From positions 704,001 through 768,000 of the forward strand of contig OY771506.1 in the NCBI GenBank assembly GCA_963674705.1: a stretch of DNA of 64,000 bases, in the 5' to 3' direction. Below, piece by piece: positions 38,574 to 53,298 of the stretch. The notes beneath the pieces are model-generated. The model did no database searches. It saw nothing but the letters and a program-made list of their open reading frames with translations, and was not told the origin of the DNA. The translations under genes and the position numbers were made by a program. The stretch is from Phycisphaeraceae bacterium. GTDB lineage: Bacteria > Planctomycetota > Phycisphaerae > Phycisphaerales > Phycisphaeraceae. How positions within the stretch are numbered: the stretch's first letter is position 1; the number at the start of each line of letters is the position of its first letter.

Positions 38574-40411
38574 CCGGGGATCGCCTCGGCGGTTTTGATG
38601 TGGGTGACAACGTTCGGCGGGTCGGACAGGTTGAGCGTGTAGACGACTGAGCCGTCCGCGTCCTCGGTTTTCCGCTTAAAGCCGAGTCGGTCGTAGAGGT
38701 CGGCTACGAGCTTGTTCTTCGCGGTAGGGATGAACTCGCCTTCAAGCGTTTTGAATCCGGCTTGCAACGCGCGCTCGAGCAGGATGCTGAACATGAACTG
38801 TTCGGATGTCCTGTTGATGACGCGGCAGCTCATGAGCCAGGTGTCGATACGCAGGGTTTGCTCATCATTCGGCACCGCGATGACGAGGGAGACGAGGCCG
38901 TGATCGCCGAACTTATCGCTTAGCCGAAGCGTCATACCGACCGCGCCTGTTTGGGCGAGCATCGCACGGACATCCTCGGCGGTGTGGCGGCGGGTGGTCA
39001 GGTTGAACTGGTTGGTCTTACCCAGCAGTTGGACGACGCGCTGCATGTCGGTTTCGTCGATGTCGCGCACATCGGCGATCATTTCCAGTGACGCGAGATA
39101 ATCATCGATCGAAGCGAACGACTGTTCGGCATCGCGGCGCTTGCGTTCGACGGCGTATTGCTCAGCCCGCTGACGATCCGCGCCGGAGACTTCGACGGCC
39201 TCGAAGTAGAGCCCCGCTTCCACCGCACGGACGTAACCGGCGGCATCCTCGGGTACTTCGACGACTTCCACTTCGGGCAACACCTGGCGGACGTGTTCGC
39301 GCTCAGCAGGGTTGTCATCAACGAAGACGAAACTATCGAGCCCGAGGCGCAGCGTCTTGGCGATGCGTTCGATGGCCAAGGGTTTGGGGTCCCAGCTTGC
39401 TTCAAACGCGGCGAAGTCGTCGAGCGTGAGGACCATGTCCGGGTGTTTGCCGAACGGTTCACGCGCATCGTCGGGGTTGTTCTTGGAGCAGACGGCCAGG
39501 ACGACGCCGCGCTCGGCTAAACCCTTGGCGTACTTCTGGAAGGAGCGGTAGGCTTCGCCATCCGCGGTTTCACCGACGGAGATGCCGAGTGGGCCGGTCT
39601 CGCCTACTACGCCGCCCCAGAGTGTGTTGTCCAGGTCGAGTACGAGCACCTTCTTCGGGCCGGTCGTCACCGCACGAAGAGCGGCGGCGAGGTGATAGCT
39701 CAGTAACGAAGTGCCTTCTTCGCTGAACGGCTGCTTGGTCCAGTGGTATCGGCGAGCATCGTAAAATTGATCACGGCCCATCTGCCCGGCGACGCGCTGA
39801 AGGTCGACGAAGTACGCGCCTTTGGGCAATGCTTCACGCAGGGCGCGGTCCATCGCACGCATCAGGCCCGTGGGCCCTTCGGGTTCGCCCGAGAGGTTGA
39901 CGCCAAACGGACCCGCATCGATACAGTCGTAACCGACCTGGATGATGCGGGCCTTGAGTTGATTGGCTGCGATCTGCCAGGCTTGTTGCCAAAAGGCTAA
40001 TTCGTCGGCAACGCGATCGGTGGGGCTGCGGTCTGCGCCGCTAAGTAATCGTTGATGCCAGGGGACGAAGACGACGGTGTCGATGCGCTCGCCCGAGGAG
40101 GCGGCGGTCAGCAGTTCCTGCATGACGTTGTCGTATTCGCCGTCGATGACGTAGGCGGACATACCCCGGCCGAGGGCTTGTGCGGCCAGGCCGTTAGCGA
40201 GCCAGGTGGTTGTGCATTGGCCGACCATCAGGACGCGGTGGACGTCGCTATTGTCTTTGAATTGTTTTTCGATGTAGCGGCCGGCCTTGTCGATCTCTTC
40301 GCCGGTGAATCCGCCAAGACGCAGCGCGGCGCGCAGCAGCTCAATGCCCTCATCGGCCTTGCCTGCTTTGCGGAGTTTCACGGCCTGCTTGATCTGGTCG
40401 GCTGGATTCAT
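38570..40411 (-). CDS. FkbH-like protein (HAD-IIIC; glyceryl-ACP loading)
   Basis: KKVLVLDLDNTLWGGVVGE, CSKN, FVDDNPAER, KTNQFNLTTRR, DKFGDHG, WLMSCRV. Confidence 0.93.
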   Translation of the reverse strand: MNPADQIKQAVKLRKAGKADEGIELLRAALRLGGFTGEEIDKAGRYIEKQFKDNSDVHRVLMVGQCTTTWLANGLAAQALGRGMSAYVIDGEYDNVMQELLTAASSGERIDTVVFVPWHQRLLSGADRSPTDRVADELAFWQQAWQIAANQLKARIIQVGYDCIDAGPFGVNLSGEPEGPTGLMRAMDRALREALPKGAYFVDLQRVAGQMGRDQFYDARRYHWTKQPFSEEGTSLLSYHLAAALRAVTTGPKKVLVLDLDNTLWGGVVGETGPLGISVGETADGEAYRSFQKYAKGLAERGVVLAVCSKNNPDDAREPFGKHPDMVLTLDDFAAFEASWDPKPLAIERIAKTLRLGLDSFVFVDDNPAEREHVRQVLPEVEVVEVPEDAAGYVRAVEAGLYFEAVEVSGADRQRAEQYAVERKRRDAEQSFASIDDYLASLEMIADVRDIDETDMQRVVQLLGKTNQFNLTTRRHTAEDVRAMLAQTGAVGMTLRLSDKFGDHGLVSLVIAVPNDEQTLRIDTWLMSCRVINRTSEQFMFSILLERALQAGFKTLEGEFIPTAKNKLVADLYDRLGFKRKTEDADGSVVYTLNLSDPPNVVTHIKTAEAIPG

Positions 40412-40428
40412 GCTTGTCTACTTACCGT

Positions 40429-41379
40429 TTACTTTTCAGAAGGAACGCAGACGTAGGCCACGTCGATCGACGGGTCCTGCTTGTTCTTGCCGTAGTCGGC
40501 GACGCGGAAAGATTTTTCGGCGACGATGTCGAAGCCCGCCTCTTTGAGCATGTCGTTGACCTGATGGCACTCGGTGAAGAGGTACAGGTGATCGATGGCG
40601 TTGGAGTTCACGACGGTCGTGGCGAACATCGGTGCGCCGGGCTTGAGGCAGCGGCACAGTTCTTTCAATGAGAACAGCGGGTCGGGCACGTGCTCGATGA
40701 TTTCGGCGAAGACGCCCCAACTCAGGGTGTTGTCTTCGTAGGGCCAGCGGACGCGTGCGTCGCCGGAGCCGAGGGTGTAGCGGTCTTTGGCGATACCGGC
40801 TTCAGCGAGCAGCTTGCCGGCGTATTCGATAGAGAATCGGCTGACGTCCAGGCTGTTGGTGCTGGTGCCGGGTTTGGCTTCGAGGATGTTCAGCAGGTAC
40901 AGGCCGTGCCCGAACCCGAACTCGCAGCCGACGCCTGAATCCGGGACGCGGGACAGGAACGCTTCGGTGAAGAAGTGGTGGATATCGAAGTGGATGGGCC
41001 AGTAGGCGTGGGTGAGCATGAGCCCTTCGAGGTAGAACTTACCCATCACGTCAGGGTTGTCGTAGACCTCTTTATAAACATCTTCGAAGTCGCTGTGGCT
41101 GTATTCCTGTGTCTGCATGAAGCGCGCCTGCTCTTTGAGGTAGGCGTAGGTGTATTCGATGAGTGAATCCATCGGCGAGCCGCCCATACGCTGGGCGAGG
41201 TCGACGAGGTGTTCGGCCTGCTGCCAGAAGGCGTCGCCGTGGGTATTGATCTGGTGTTCGGCGTGCGGGGCGAGGAGGTTGCGTGCTTTTTCCAGCAGGT
41301 CCTGTGTGAAGCGGGCGGCGATGGGGTACTTGGCCGCGGCGGATTCGATCGCTGATTGCACGTCGGTTACATGTGTCAT
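40429..41379 (-). CDS. Class I SAM-dependent methyltransferase
   Basis: EFGFGHG, EIIEHVPDP, LKPG. Confidence 0.85.
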   Translation of the reverse strand: MTHVTDVQSAIESAAAKYPIAARFTQDLLEKARNLLAPHAEHQINTHGDAFWQQAEHLVDLAQRMGGSPMDSLIEYTYAYLKEQARFMQTQEYSHSDFEDVYKEVYDNPDVMGKFYLEGLMLTHAYWPIHFDIHHFFTEAFLSRVPDSGVGCEFGFGHGLYLLNILEAKPGTSTNSLDVSRFSIEYAGKLLAEAGIAKDRYTLGSGDARVRWPYEDNTLSWGVFAEIIEHVPDPLFSLKELCRCLKPGAPMFATTVVNSNAIDHLYLFTECHQVNDMLKEAGFDIVAEKSFRVADYGKNKQDPSIDVAYVCVPSEK

Positions 41380-41413
41380 GCGTCTTACTCGTTAGATATC
41401 AGGTTCGTTTTAT

Positions 41414-41806
41414 TCAGGAAACGTTCTGCACCAACTCCACGGTAACACCCCGCGTGTAGATCGGGGAGATGAAGTTGATCAGCAGTGGGCCGGCGTCGAC
41501 GGGTTCGGATTCGAGGAGCTCAACCCCCTGCTCGTTTAACTGTTTGGCTGCCAGCACGATGTCGTCGACTTCAAACGCGACGTGGTGCAGGCCCCCCATC
41601 CCTTTATTGAATTTGGCAAGCACGCCGCCTCGCGGCACGACAAATTCGATCAGACCTCTCGGCCCTTGGGTGAAGATGCATTCCGCCTCATACGCGGGGA
41701 CGAACTGGCGCCGGCCCATCTCCAGGCCGAACAGATCGACCCACATCGTGACCAGCGACTCATCAGGGACGACGATGCCCACGTGATGCAATGCGGGATT
41801 GTTCAC
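41414..41806 (-). CDS. VOC-family protein, methylmalonyl-CoA epimerase-like
   Basis: LHHVGIVV, IEFV.P, GGLHHVAFEVDDI, VELVQ. Confidence 0.85.
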   Translation of the reverse strand: MNNPALHHVGIVVPDESLVTMWVDLFGLEMGRRQFVPAYEAECIFTQGPRGLIEFVVPRGGVLAKFNKGMGGLHHVAFEVDDIVLAAKQLNEQGVELLESEPVDAGPLLINFISPIYTRGVTVELVQNVS

Positions 41807-41850
41807 CTACCGGCACTCCTTGCCTTGGTCGCGATCCATCCATGCCCTTT

Positions 41851-42093
41851 TCAGGCCTTGGCCAGGTGCGCATCCACCAGCGACGCCAGTTCGCCGACGT
41901 CCTTGAGGCTGGCGACTTCAGTCCCGGTGAACCGCACGCCGAAGCGTTTTTCCACCGCCAGGATCAGGTTGACGTGCATCAGCGAGTCCCATTCGTCGAT
42001 GTCTTTGGCGGATGTGGAGCTTTCGATCTCCAGTTCATCATCGTCGAAGACCTCCTGGAAGACCTCGCTTAGCTGTTCTAATGTCTGACTCAC
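41851..42093 (-). CDS. Acyl carrier protein (80 aa)
   Basis: WDSL phosphopantetheine site, VEKRFGVRF; GTG start with AGGAG. Confidence 0.92.
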   Translation of the reverse strand: MSQTLEQLSEVFQEVFDDDELEIESSTSAKDIDEWDSLMHVNLILAVEKRFGVRFTGTEVASLKDVGELASLVDAHLAKA

Positions 42094-42172
42094 GTGTACG
42101 GCTCCTGATCGGGTTAAGACTATTGAATAAGGCTTAGAATAAGCCAAGGTGGGTAGACCCGCAATGACGGAA

Positions 42173-42946
42173 TCAGTCATCCAGATCGATGGAAACCGGG
42201 GCGTGATCGGAGACGGCGAGGCCGGCCTCGCGGTCGATGTGGGCGTGCTTGAAGCGTTTGGCGGCGGCGCGGTTGGCGAGCAGGTAATCGATACGCCAGC
42301 CGCGATCCAACTTACGTGCCTGACCACGGTTACTCCACCAGGAATACGGGCCCTGAACGTCGCCGGCATGTTGGCGGATCAGGTCGGCCCAGCCGTTATC
42401 CAGCAGGTCGGTAAACCAGGCGCGTTCGTGGGGCAGGAAGCCGGAGGTTTTCTCGTTGGATTTGGCGTAGAAGATGTCGCGCTCGGTGTGGGCGATGTTG
42501 AAGTCCCCGCCGAGGATCGTCGGGACGCGCGACCTGGCGAGCTTCTGGGCCCAGGGCATGAACCGGGCCATCCACTTTTCCTTCTCGGCCTGTCGGTGGT
42601 CGCCGCTGGAGCCGGAGGGCAGGTAGACACTGACGAGGCGCAGCCCTTCGATCTTGACACTCAGGACACGGCCTTCCAGGTCCTTGTCATCATCAGATAA
42701 ACCCGTGCCAAGCACCTTCATCGGGTGGCGCGACCAGACAGCAACGCCGGCGTAGCCTTTCTTCTCAGCAGGATGCCAATGCACATGCCAACCGTCCGGC
42801 GCAGCCCATGGCATGGGAAGCTGATCGGGCAGCGCACGCACTTCCTGAAACAGCAGGACATCCGGCTTGACGCGGTCTATGTGTTCTTCAAACCCTTTAC
42901 GCAACGCGGCGCGCAGGCCGTTGACGTTCCATGTGGTGATACGCAT
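42173..42946 (-). CDS. xth: Exodeoxyribonuclease III
   Basis: TWNVNGLRA, QE, GYAGVA, GDFNIAH, GWRIDY, SDHAP. Confidence 0.95.
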   Translation of the reverse strand: MRITTWNVNGLRAALRKGFEEHIDRVKPDVLLFQEVRALPDQLPMPWAAPDGWHVHWHPAEKKGYAGVAVWSRHPMKVLGTGLSDDDKDLEGRVLSVKIEGLRLVSVYLPSGSSGDHRQAEKEKWMARFMPWAQKLARSRVPTILGGDFNIAHTERDIFYAKSNEKTSGFLPHERAWFTDLLDNGWADLIRQHAGDVQGPYSWWSNRGQARKLDRGWRIDYLLANRAAAKRFKHAHIDREAGLAVSDHAPVSIDLDD

Positions 42947-42966
42947 GGGAGCAGTTTAGGGGAAAC

Positions 42967-43262
42967 GGGTGTGGGGTGTGGGGAATTGTATTTATGATTT
43001 AGGATTTAGGATTTAGGATTGATGATTTTGTTTTCCCAACGCCGGTTCTGAGCGCAGCGAAGGGCCGGGTATCTTGAATGTTCAATCTTCGATGTGGAAT
43101 GTTCAATCTGTGCTAATGGCTAATGGCTAATGGCTAATGGCTGACGATCGTATATGTACAAAAACCGCCCGGACCTTCGCTGCGCTCAGGACCGGCGTTG
43201 GGGGGAAGAAACATTAACGATCAGCGATTACACATTGAACATCGCACATCGAACATTAGACA
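42967..43262. repeat. Composite repeat: inverted REP-like pair (43035-43069 and 43168-43204) within heptamer arrays
   Basis: cccaacgccggttctgagcgcagcgaagggccggg and its inverse; gatttag x3; gctaatg x4; aatgttc-type and aacgatc-type units. Confidence 0.85.
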
Positions 43263-43274
43263 TCCACCCCTCCC

Positions 43275-44519
43275 CTACCGTCGTTGTTTCCACGGGGTGT
43301 CCGTCTTGCCGGGGTTGAGGTCTTTGATGAGTTCTTCGGCGAGGGGTTTGGGTTTGTGGTTGTCGTCGCGGTCGAACAGGTGTGAGTAGGCGAAGCCGGA
43401 GAAGCCGTCGGCGTGTAGTTTCTGGGTGATCGCGACCTGTTGGATGATGACGTCGGCCTTGTTGCCGAAGCTCATGCCGGGCACGACCCAACCCTTTTCA
43501 GGTTTTCGGTCGAGCAGCGATTTGCTGCGCTGGGTGAATTGGGCGTTGTCGCCGGTGTAGTTCATCGTGATCGCGGCGTCGAGGTAGCCTTTCTTCATCC
43601 AGGTGACGTAGTCCTGCATCTTGGTCTTGTAGGCATCGTCGGGATCGGCCATGACCGAGGCGCTGATGATGAGGTTGGGCTTGATCTTGCGGACGCGCTC
43701 GCTGATCTTGCGAGTGGTTTCGGTGATCTGCGCGGCCCGCCATTTGATCCAGGCGTCGGGGTCGAGGTCGGGCGCAGCGATGCCGGTCTCTTTGCTGAAA
43801 CGGGCGAGGCTGACGGGGTCGAACGACCAGTTGCCGAGTTTCTTTTCACGGGCTTCGTAGCCTTCGGCGACTTCGTGGATCTCGCGCGGGTATCGGATGT
43901 AGTCGTAGTGCAGGCCGTCGAGGTCGTAGTTTGTAACGAGTTCTTCGCAGAGGTCCGCCAGGTAATCCTGCACCTCGGGGACGCCGGGGCTGATGAAGCT
44001 GTACCAGTCGCGTTTGTTATCGATCTCCTGGTCACGGGGGATCATGCGTTTGCCGGCGGCGTCACACATGAACCAGTCGGGGTGTTCCCACCAGAGTTGG
44101 CCGCTGTCCTTCGGTGGGAACTTCTGCGAACGCCAAGCGGGGAAGACGTTGAAGTAGGCGTGCACCTCGATGCCTCGCTTGTGTGCCTCGGCGATGGCGA
44201 TCTTCAGCGGGTCCCAGCCGGGGTCTTTGCCGGTCGTCTCCGGGCCTTCGCTGGTCAACTCCCAGGCCCAAGGTTCGATCTTGGACGGGTAGAACACCGT
44301 GCCGTTGCCGCGGACCTGGAAGAGGATGACATTGAAGCGCATGGAAGCGCAGTTATTGATGATCTTGCGGACATCCTCGGGTTTCTTGTAGTCCCAGCGT
44401 GTGACCCAGATCGCACGGACCTGTTTGTCGGGCCGGGCGGCTTGTGCGGGGGCGATGGCGAGCAGACTTAATAGTGAAACCAGAGCTGTGACGAGGAATT
44501 TTTGCCAAAGACGGGTCAT
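43275..44519 (-). CDS. Secreted glycosyl hydrolase-like 10 (UPF0748/DigH-like) protein
   Basis: RAIWV, FQVR..G...YPS, WDPL...I.EAHKRGIEVHA, YDLDGLHYDYIRYP. Confidence 0.88.
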   Translation of the reverse strand: MTRLWQKFLVTALVSLLSLLAIAPAQAARPDKQVRAIWVTRWDYKKPEDVRKIINNCASMRFNVILFQVRGNGTVFYPSKIEPWAWELTSEGPETTGKDPGWDPLKIAIAEAHKRGIEVHAYFNVFPAWRSQKFPPKDSGQLWWEHPDWFMCDAAGKRMIPRDQEIDNKRDWYSFISPGVPEVQDYLADLCEELVTNYDLDGLHYDYIRYPREIHEVAEGYEAREKKLGNWSFDPVSLARFSKETGIAAPDLDPDAWIKWRAAQITETTRKISERVRKIKPNLIISASVMADPDDAYKTKMQDYVTWMKKGYLDAAITMNYTGDNAQFTQRSKSLLDRKPEKGWVVPGMSFGNKADVIIQQVAITQKLHADGFSGFAYSHLFDRDDNHKPKPLAEELIKDLNPGKTDTPWKQRR

Positions 44520-44623
44520 TATCTTGCTCCGAAAGATGATTGCAGGACACCCAGGACAGACCCCAAGACAGGTCTATCAGACGTGCGTTAATTATATAAT
44601 AAATCGACGGCTGTGGGTATCAC

Positions 44624-46126
44624 TCACCCCGCGCTGGACATCTGGCCGGTGTTCATGCGGGGGGCGGGCAGGTCGGAGTTGCCCATGATATAGGTATCGA
44701 TGCAGCGGGCGGCGCCACGGCCTTCGGCGATGGCCCAGACGACCAGGGACTGGCCCCGTCGGCAGTCGCCGGCGGCGAAGATGCCTTCGATGCTGGTGGC
44801 GAAGCGGCCGTACTCGGCTTTGAAGTTGCTGCGCTCGTCGCGTTCGAGTTCGAGCTTGTCGGCGAGCGTGTCTTCGGGGCCGAGGAAACCCATCGCCAGG
44901 GTGACGAGGTCGGCGGGGAACTCGCGTTCGGAGCCGGGGACTTCGGTCATCTGGAATCGGCCGCTATCGTCTTTCTTCCATTCGACCTGGATGGTCTTGA
45001 CGGCCTTGACGTGGCCGTTGCCGTCATCGACGAATTCCTTGGTGAGGATGCAGAACTCGCGTGGGTCCTTGCCGAACTTGACAGCGACTTCCTCGTGGCC
45101 GTAGTCGACGCGGAAGATGCGGGGCCACTGCGGCCAGGGGTTGTCATCGGCGCGCTGGACGGGCGGGACGGGCAAAAGCTCGAAGTTGACGACGGACTTG
45201 CAGCCGTGGCGCATGGAGGTGCCAAGGCAGTCGGTGCCGGTGTCGCCGCCGCCGATGACGATGACGTTTTTATCTTTGGCGGAGATGTAGTTGCCGTCTT
45301 TCAGGTTGGAATCCAGGAAGCTCTTGGTGTTCTTGTGGAGGAACTCCATGGCAAAGTGGATGCCCTTGAGGTCTCGGCCTGGCACGGGCAGGTCGCGCGG
45401 GACGGTCGCGCCGCAGGCGAGCAGGATCGCATCGTAATCGTGGCGCAGCTTGTTGATGTCGACATCGACGCCGACGTGTGCGTTGGTGATGAAGCCGACG
45501 CCTTCTTCGATCATGCGGTCGATGCGTCGCTGGACGATGTTTTTGTCGAGCTTCATGTTGGGGATGCCGTACATCAGCAGCCCGCCGACGCGGTCGTCGC
45601 GTTCGTAGACGGTGACGGTGTGGCCGGCCTTGTTGAGCTGATCGGCGGCGGCAAGCCCGGCGGGGCCGGAGCCGACGATGGCGACGCTCTTACCCGTGCG
45701 GTCGGCGGGCGGCATCGGCTTGACCCAACCTTCTTCATAGCTGCGGTCGATGATGTTGCACTCGATGCTCTTGATCGTCACGGGTGGTTCGGTCACGCCC
45801 AGGCAGCAGGAACCCTCGCACGGCGCAGGACAGACCCGGCCGGTGAATTCGGGGAAGTTGTTGGTCTTGGCCAGGCGTTCGTACGCGCCGCGCCAATCGC
45901 CGTGGAAGACCTTGTCGTTCCATTCGGGGATAAGGTTGTCGATCGGGCAGCCGGTCTCGGACTGACAGAACGGCACACCACAATCCATGCAGCGCGCACC
46001 CTGCTCGCGGAGCATCTGTTCATCTGCGTGCTCGATGATCTCGTAGAAGTCGTTGATCCGCACGTCCGGCGCGCGGGAGGTCATCGGCTGTCGCTCGTAT
46101 TCCAAGAATCCTGTTGGCTTACCCAA
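44624..46126 (-). CDS. gltD: Glutamate synthase small subunit
   Basis: (M)GKPTGF at the TTG at 46126 with [41 protein letters not shown]. Confidence 0.96.
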   Translation of the reverse strand: MGKPTGFLEYERQPMTSRAPDVRINDFYEIIEHADEQMLREQGARCMDCGVPFCQSETGCPIDNLIPEWNDKVFHGDWRGAYERLAKTNNFPEFTGRVCPAPCEGSCCLGVTEPPVTIKSIECNIIDRSYEEGWVKPMPPADRTGKSVAIVGSGPAGLAAADQLNKAGHTVTVYERDDRVGGLLMYGIPNMKLDKNIVQRRIDRMIEEGVGFITNAHVGVDVDINKLRHDYDAILLACGATVPRDLPVPGRDLKGIHFAMEFLHKNTKSFLDSNLKDGNYISAKDKNVIVIGGGDTGTDCLGTSMRHGCKSVVNFELLPVPPVQRADDNPWPQWPRIFRVDYGHEEVAVKFGKDPREFCILTKEFVDDGNGHVKAVKTIQVEWKKDDSGRFQMTEVPGSEREFPADLVTLAMGFLGPEDTLADKLELERDERSNFKAEYGRFATSIEGIFAAGDCRRGQSLVVWAIAEGRGAARCIDTYIMGNSDLPAPRMNTGQMSSAG

Positions 46127-46228
46127 GGTCAGTCTCCAAGTTTTGAACACCTCAACACAACGAGGGGTCCGTTCTAAATCAGCGTTGCGCGGCGGGGCCA
46201 CGTGCTTGTCCTGAATCATCCGGTCCAC

Positions 46229-50916
<4,688 letters not shown>

Positions 50917-50920
<4 letters not shown>

Positions 50921-51885
50921 ATACCCGCTCCCATGAGTGCGGTGTTGTCGTGTTGAATCTGTTGGTCGAAGTCTGAGTCGGGCCCGGCATGGGCGACGAG
51001 GAAGTCGGCGAAGGCCTGGGCCTCGGGCGGGAAGGCTGAGCCGTTACGGCAGCGGCGTTTGCAGATGATGCCCATCGGCCTGACGAGCCTGGGCGTCAGT
51101 GGCAGCATCGCCAGCGTCCCGGCCGCCACCTCTCGCATCACCGTACGGTCCGGCAGGATCGTCACCTGCTGTGTCACGGCCACCGCCCCCTTGAGCGTGT
51201 CGATGTTGTCGAACACGTTGATGATCGTGGGCTTGGCGTTATGCGACTTGAAGTACTCACGAATCCGACGTCCTACCGGCAGGTCCGGCTCAAAGGTCAC
51301 CATCTCGTATTGCTGCAGGTCCTTAACATCTACCTGCTTGCTAGCGAGGATGGGGTGCTGTGGATTGCACACGACCACCATCGTCTCGTCCCGCAGTGGG
51401 ATGCAATCGACCTTACGCCAAGTCTCCGGGTAGGACACGATGCCCATATCGCTCTCACCGTCGTGGACAGCCTGGTAGACCAGCTCGGGCCTGACGTAAC
51501 GGATTTCAACGGAGATCTTCTTGTGCTGTTCGATGAACTGCTTGCGCGCTCGGCTCAGCAGGTCGATCCCGGCCGAGTAGATCGCACTGACGCGGACCAG
51601 GCCCTCCGGGTCCTTGGTCAGCCCGGCGACCCTGGCTTCGAGGTTCTCGTATTCCTGGACCAGAGACTCACAACCTCGGGCGAAGATCGCCCCGGCATGG
51701 GTCACCGCCAGCGGGCGGACGGAGCGGTCCAGCAGCGTCACGCCCAGCTTTTTCTCCAGTTGCCCGATGCGCTGGCTGGCTGCGGATTGACTGATACCGT
51801 GCAGCTCCGCCGCCTGGGAGAAGCTGTGGTGTTTGACCACGTCGGCAAATAGCTTGAGCGTCTGCATTGGTTCGTACACGCACAC
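50917..51885 (-). CDS. LysR-family transcriptional regulator
   Basis: [31 protein letters not shown]; its stop overlaps the gltB ATG. Confidence 0.93.
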
Positions 51886-51928
51886 ACACTTCTATAATAA
51901 GTATAATTAATACCTAAGCTCGCAGTTC

Positions 51929-51943
51929 ATAACTTTAACTTAT
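51929..51943. promoter_or_regulatory. Candidate LysR-binding box
   Basis: ATAA-ctttaac-TTAT (T-N11-A) in the AT-rich divergent intergenic region. Confidence 0.55.
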
Positions 51944-52072
51944 CCAAGACGGGAAAGCAAGGGATTTAAGGCCTCCACAAGAGATCAAAAAGACTTTTCT
52001 TGTATTGGTTGATATCTAAAGCTGTGACATAGACTTGTCCGATCGGATAGCAACCGTAGAGATGGCAACAGG

Positions 52073-53233
52073 TTGGCCGATAGTTATTTACAGCGTATGA
52101 ATGAGGATCGCCCTACGATCGGCCACGTGTTACACCAGCTCAACCGCGCCGGCGCGGAGATGCTCGCGGCGGACCTTGCGCGGAAGCTGCGGGATCGGTA
52201 TCGGTTCATCTTCCTGTGCCTGGACGGTATCGGGACACTGGGCGAAGAGCTGGCAGCGGAAGGCTTCACGGTTGTCGAGCTGGATCGAAAGCCGGGTATT
52301 GACTGGAAGGTCGCCAACCGGTTGCGTGCGGTGGTGAAGCAGCAAGGCATCCACCTGCTACATGCTCATCAGTACACGCCCTTCTTTTATGCCTCGTGTT
52401 CGCGACGGTTTTCGGTCCTGCCGCCGATTCTTTTTACCGAGCACGGCCGACACTACCCCGATCAGCGCAAGCCCAAGCGCGTGCTGGCCAACCGCTGGCT
52501 GATCAAGCCGCATGACCGTGTGACCGCGGTCGGCAGGTTCGTAAAACAGGCGCTGATTGATAACGAGGGGATCGCGGAAGGCCGGATCAAGGTGATTTAC
52601 AACGGGATCGACCCGGATGACTTCCCCCCTGCCGACGCTGAATCGCGCAAACGTGCCCGGCAGATCATCGGTGTGGATGATGAAGTGCCGCTATTGATGC
52701 AGGTAGCTCGGTTCCATTCGGTGAAAGACCACGCCACGGCCATCCGGGCGATGGCGCAGGTCGCTGCGGGCTTCGCCCAGGCGAAGCTGTGCCTGATCGG
52801 TGAGGGTGATGAGCGAAGCCACATCGAGGCGCTGGTCAGCGAGTTGGACATCCGCGAGAACGTGATTTTCATGGGCGCGCGGGCCGATGTGGCAGCGTTA
52901 CTGCCGGCTGCGGATGTGTTTGTCTTGTCGAGCCTGAGTGAAGGCATTTCCGTAACGCTGCTTGAAGCGATGGCAACCGGGTTGCCGATCGCGGCGACGG
53001 ATGTGGGCGGGAATCCCGAGGTTGTGGAGCACGAAGAAACGGGCCTGCTGTCGCCGCGAGAGGACGATGAAGCCTTGGCGATGAATCTGATGAGTCTGCT
53101 CAATGATGCGGATCGACGCCGGTCGATGGGCAACAAGGGTCGGGCACGACTGCTGGAGACATTCACGCAAGAACGCATGCACCAGCAGTACACGCAGCAC
53201 TACAGCCGTCTGCTGGGCATGGAGGCGGGGTAG
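52073..53233 (+). CDS. GT4 glycosyltransferase
   Basis: TEHGR, IYNGID, KDH, SLSEGIS..LLEAMA, TDVGGNPE. Start may be 52097. Confidence 0.92.
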   Translation: MADSYLQRMNEDRPTIGHVLHQLNRAGAEMLAADLARKLRDRYRFIFLCLDGIGTLGEELAAEGFTVVELDRKPGIDWKVANRLRAVVKQQGIHLLHAHQYTPFFYASCSRRFSVLPPILFTEHGRHYPDQRKPKRVLANRWLIKPHDRVTAVGRFVKQALIDNEGIAEGRIKVIYNGIDPDDFPPADAESRKRARQIIGVDDEVPLLMQVARFHSVKDHATAIRAMAQVAAGFAQAKLCLIGEGDERSHIEALVSELDIRENVIFMGARADVAALLPAADVFVLSSLSEGISVTLLEAMATGLPIAATDVGGNPEVVEHEETGLLSPREDDEALAMNLMSLLNDADRRRSMGNKGRARLLETFTQERMHQQYTQHYSRLLGMEAG

Positions 53234-53298
53234 GCCATTTGATCTTTCATCAATAATGTCTGGCGCTATCGCCAACTTGATTAGCCTACAATCCGGTT

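Noticed and set aside
38570..42093. Polyketide methoxymalonyl-ACP extender cassette
   Set aside because: No PKS/NRPS and no FkbI/FkbK dehydrogenases are present; the MBOAT-peptide-SGNH context fits envelope acylation better.
42967..43262. Possible CRISPR array in the repeat-rich intergenic regions
   Set aside because: There is no regular repeat-spacer alternation and no cas gene; the repeats are heptamers and dispersed palindromes.
46127..46228. N-terminal extensions in the ORF track (gltD; also the ACP, nitrilase, ECF sigma, VWA and ankyrin genes)
   Set aside because: Conserved N-termini, RBS positions or overlaps point to downstream starts, and the feature coordinates were trimmed accordingly.
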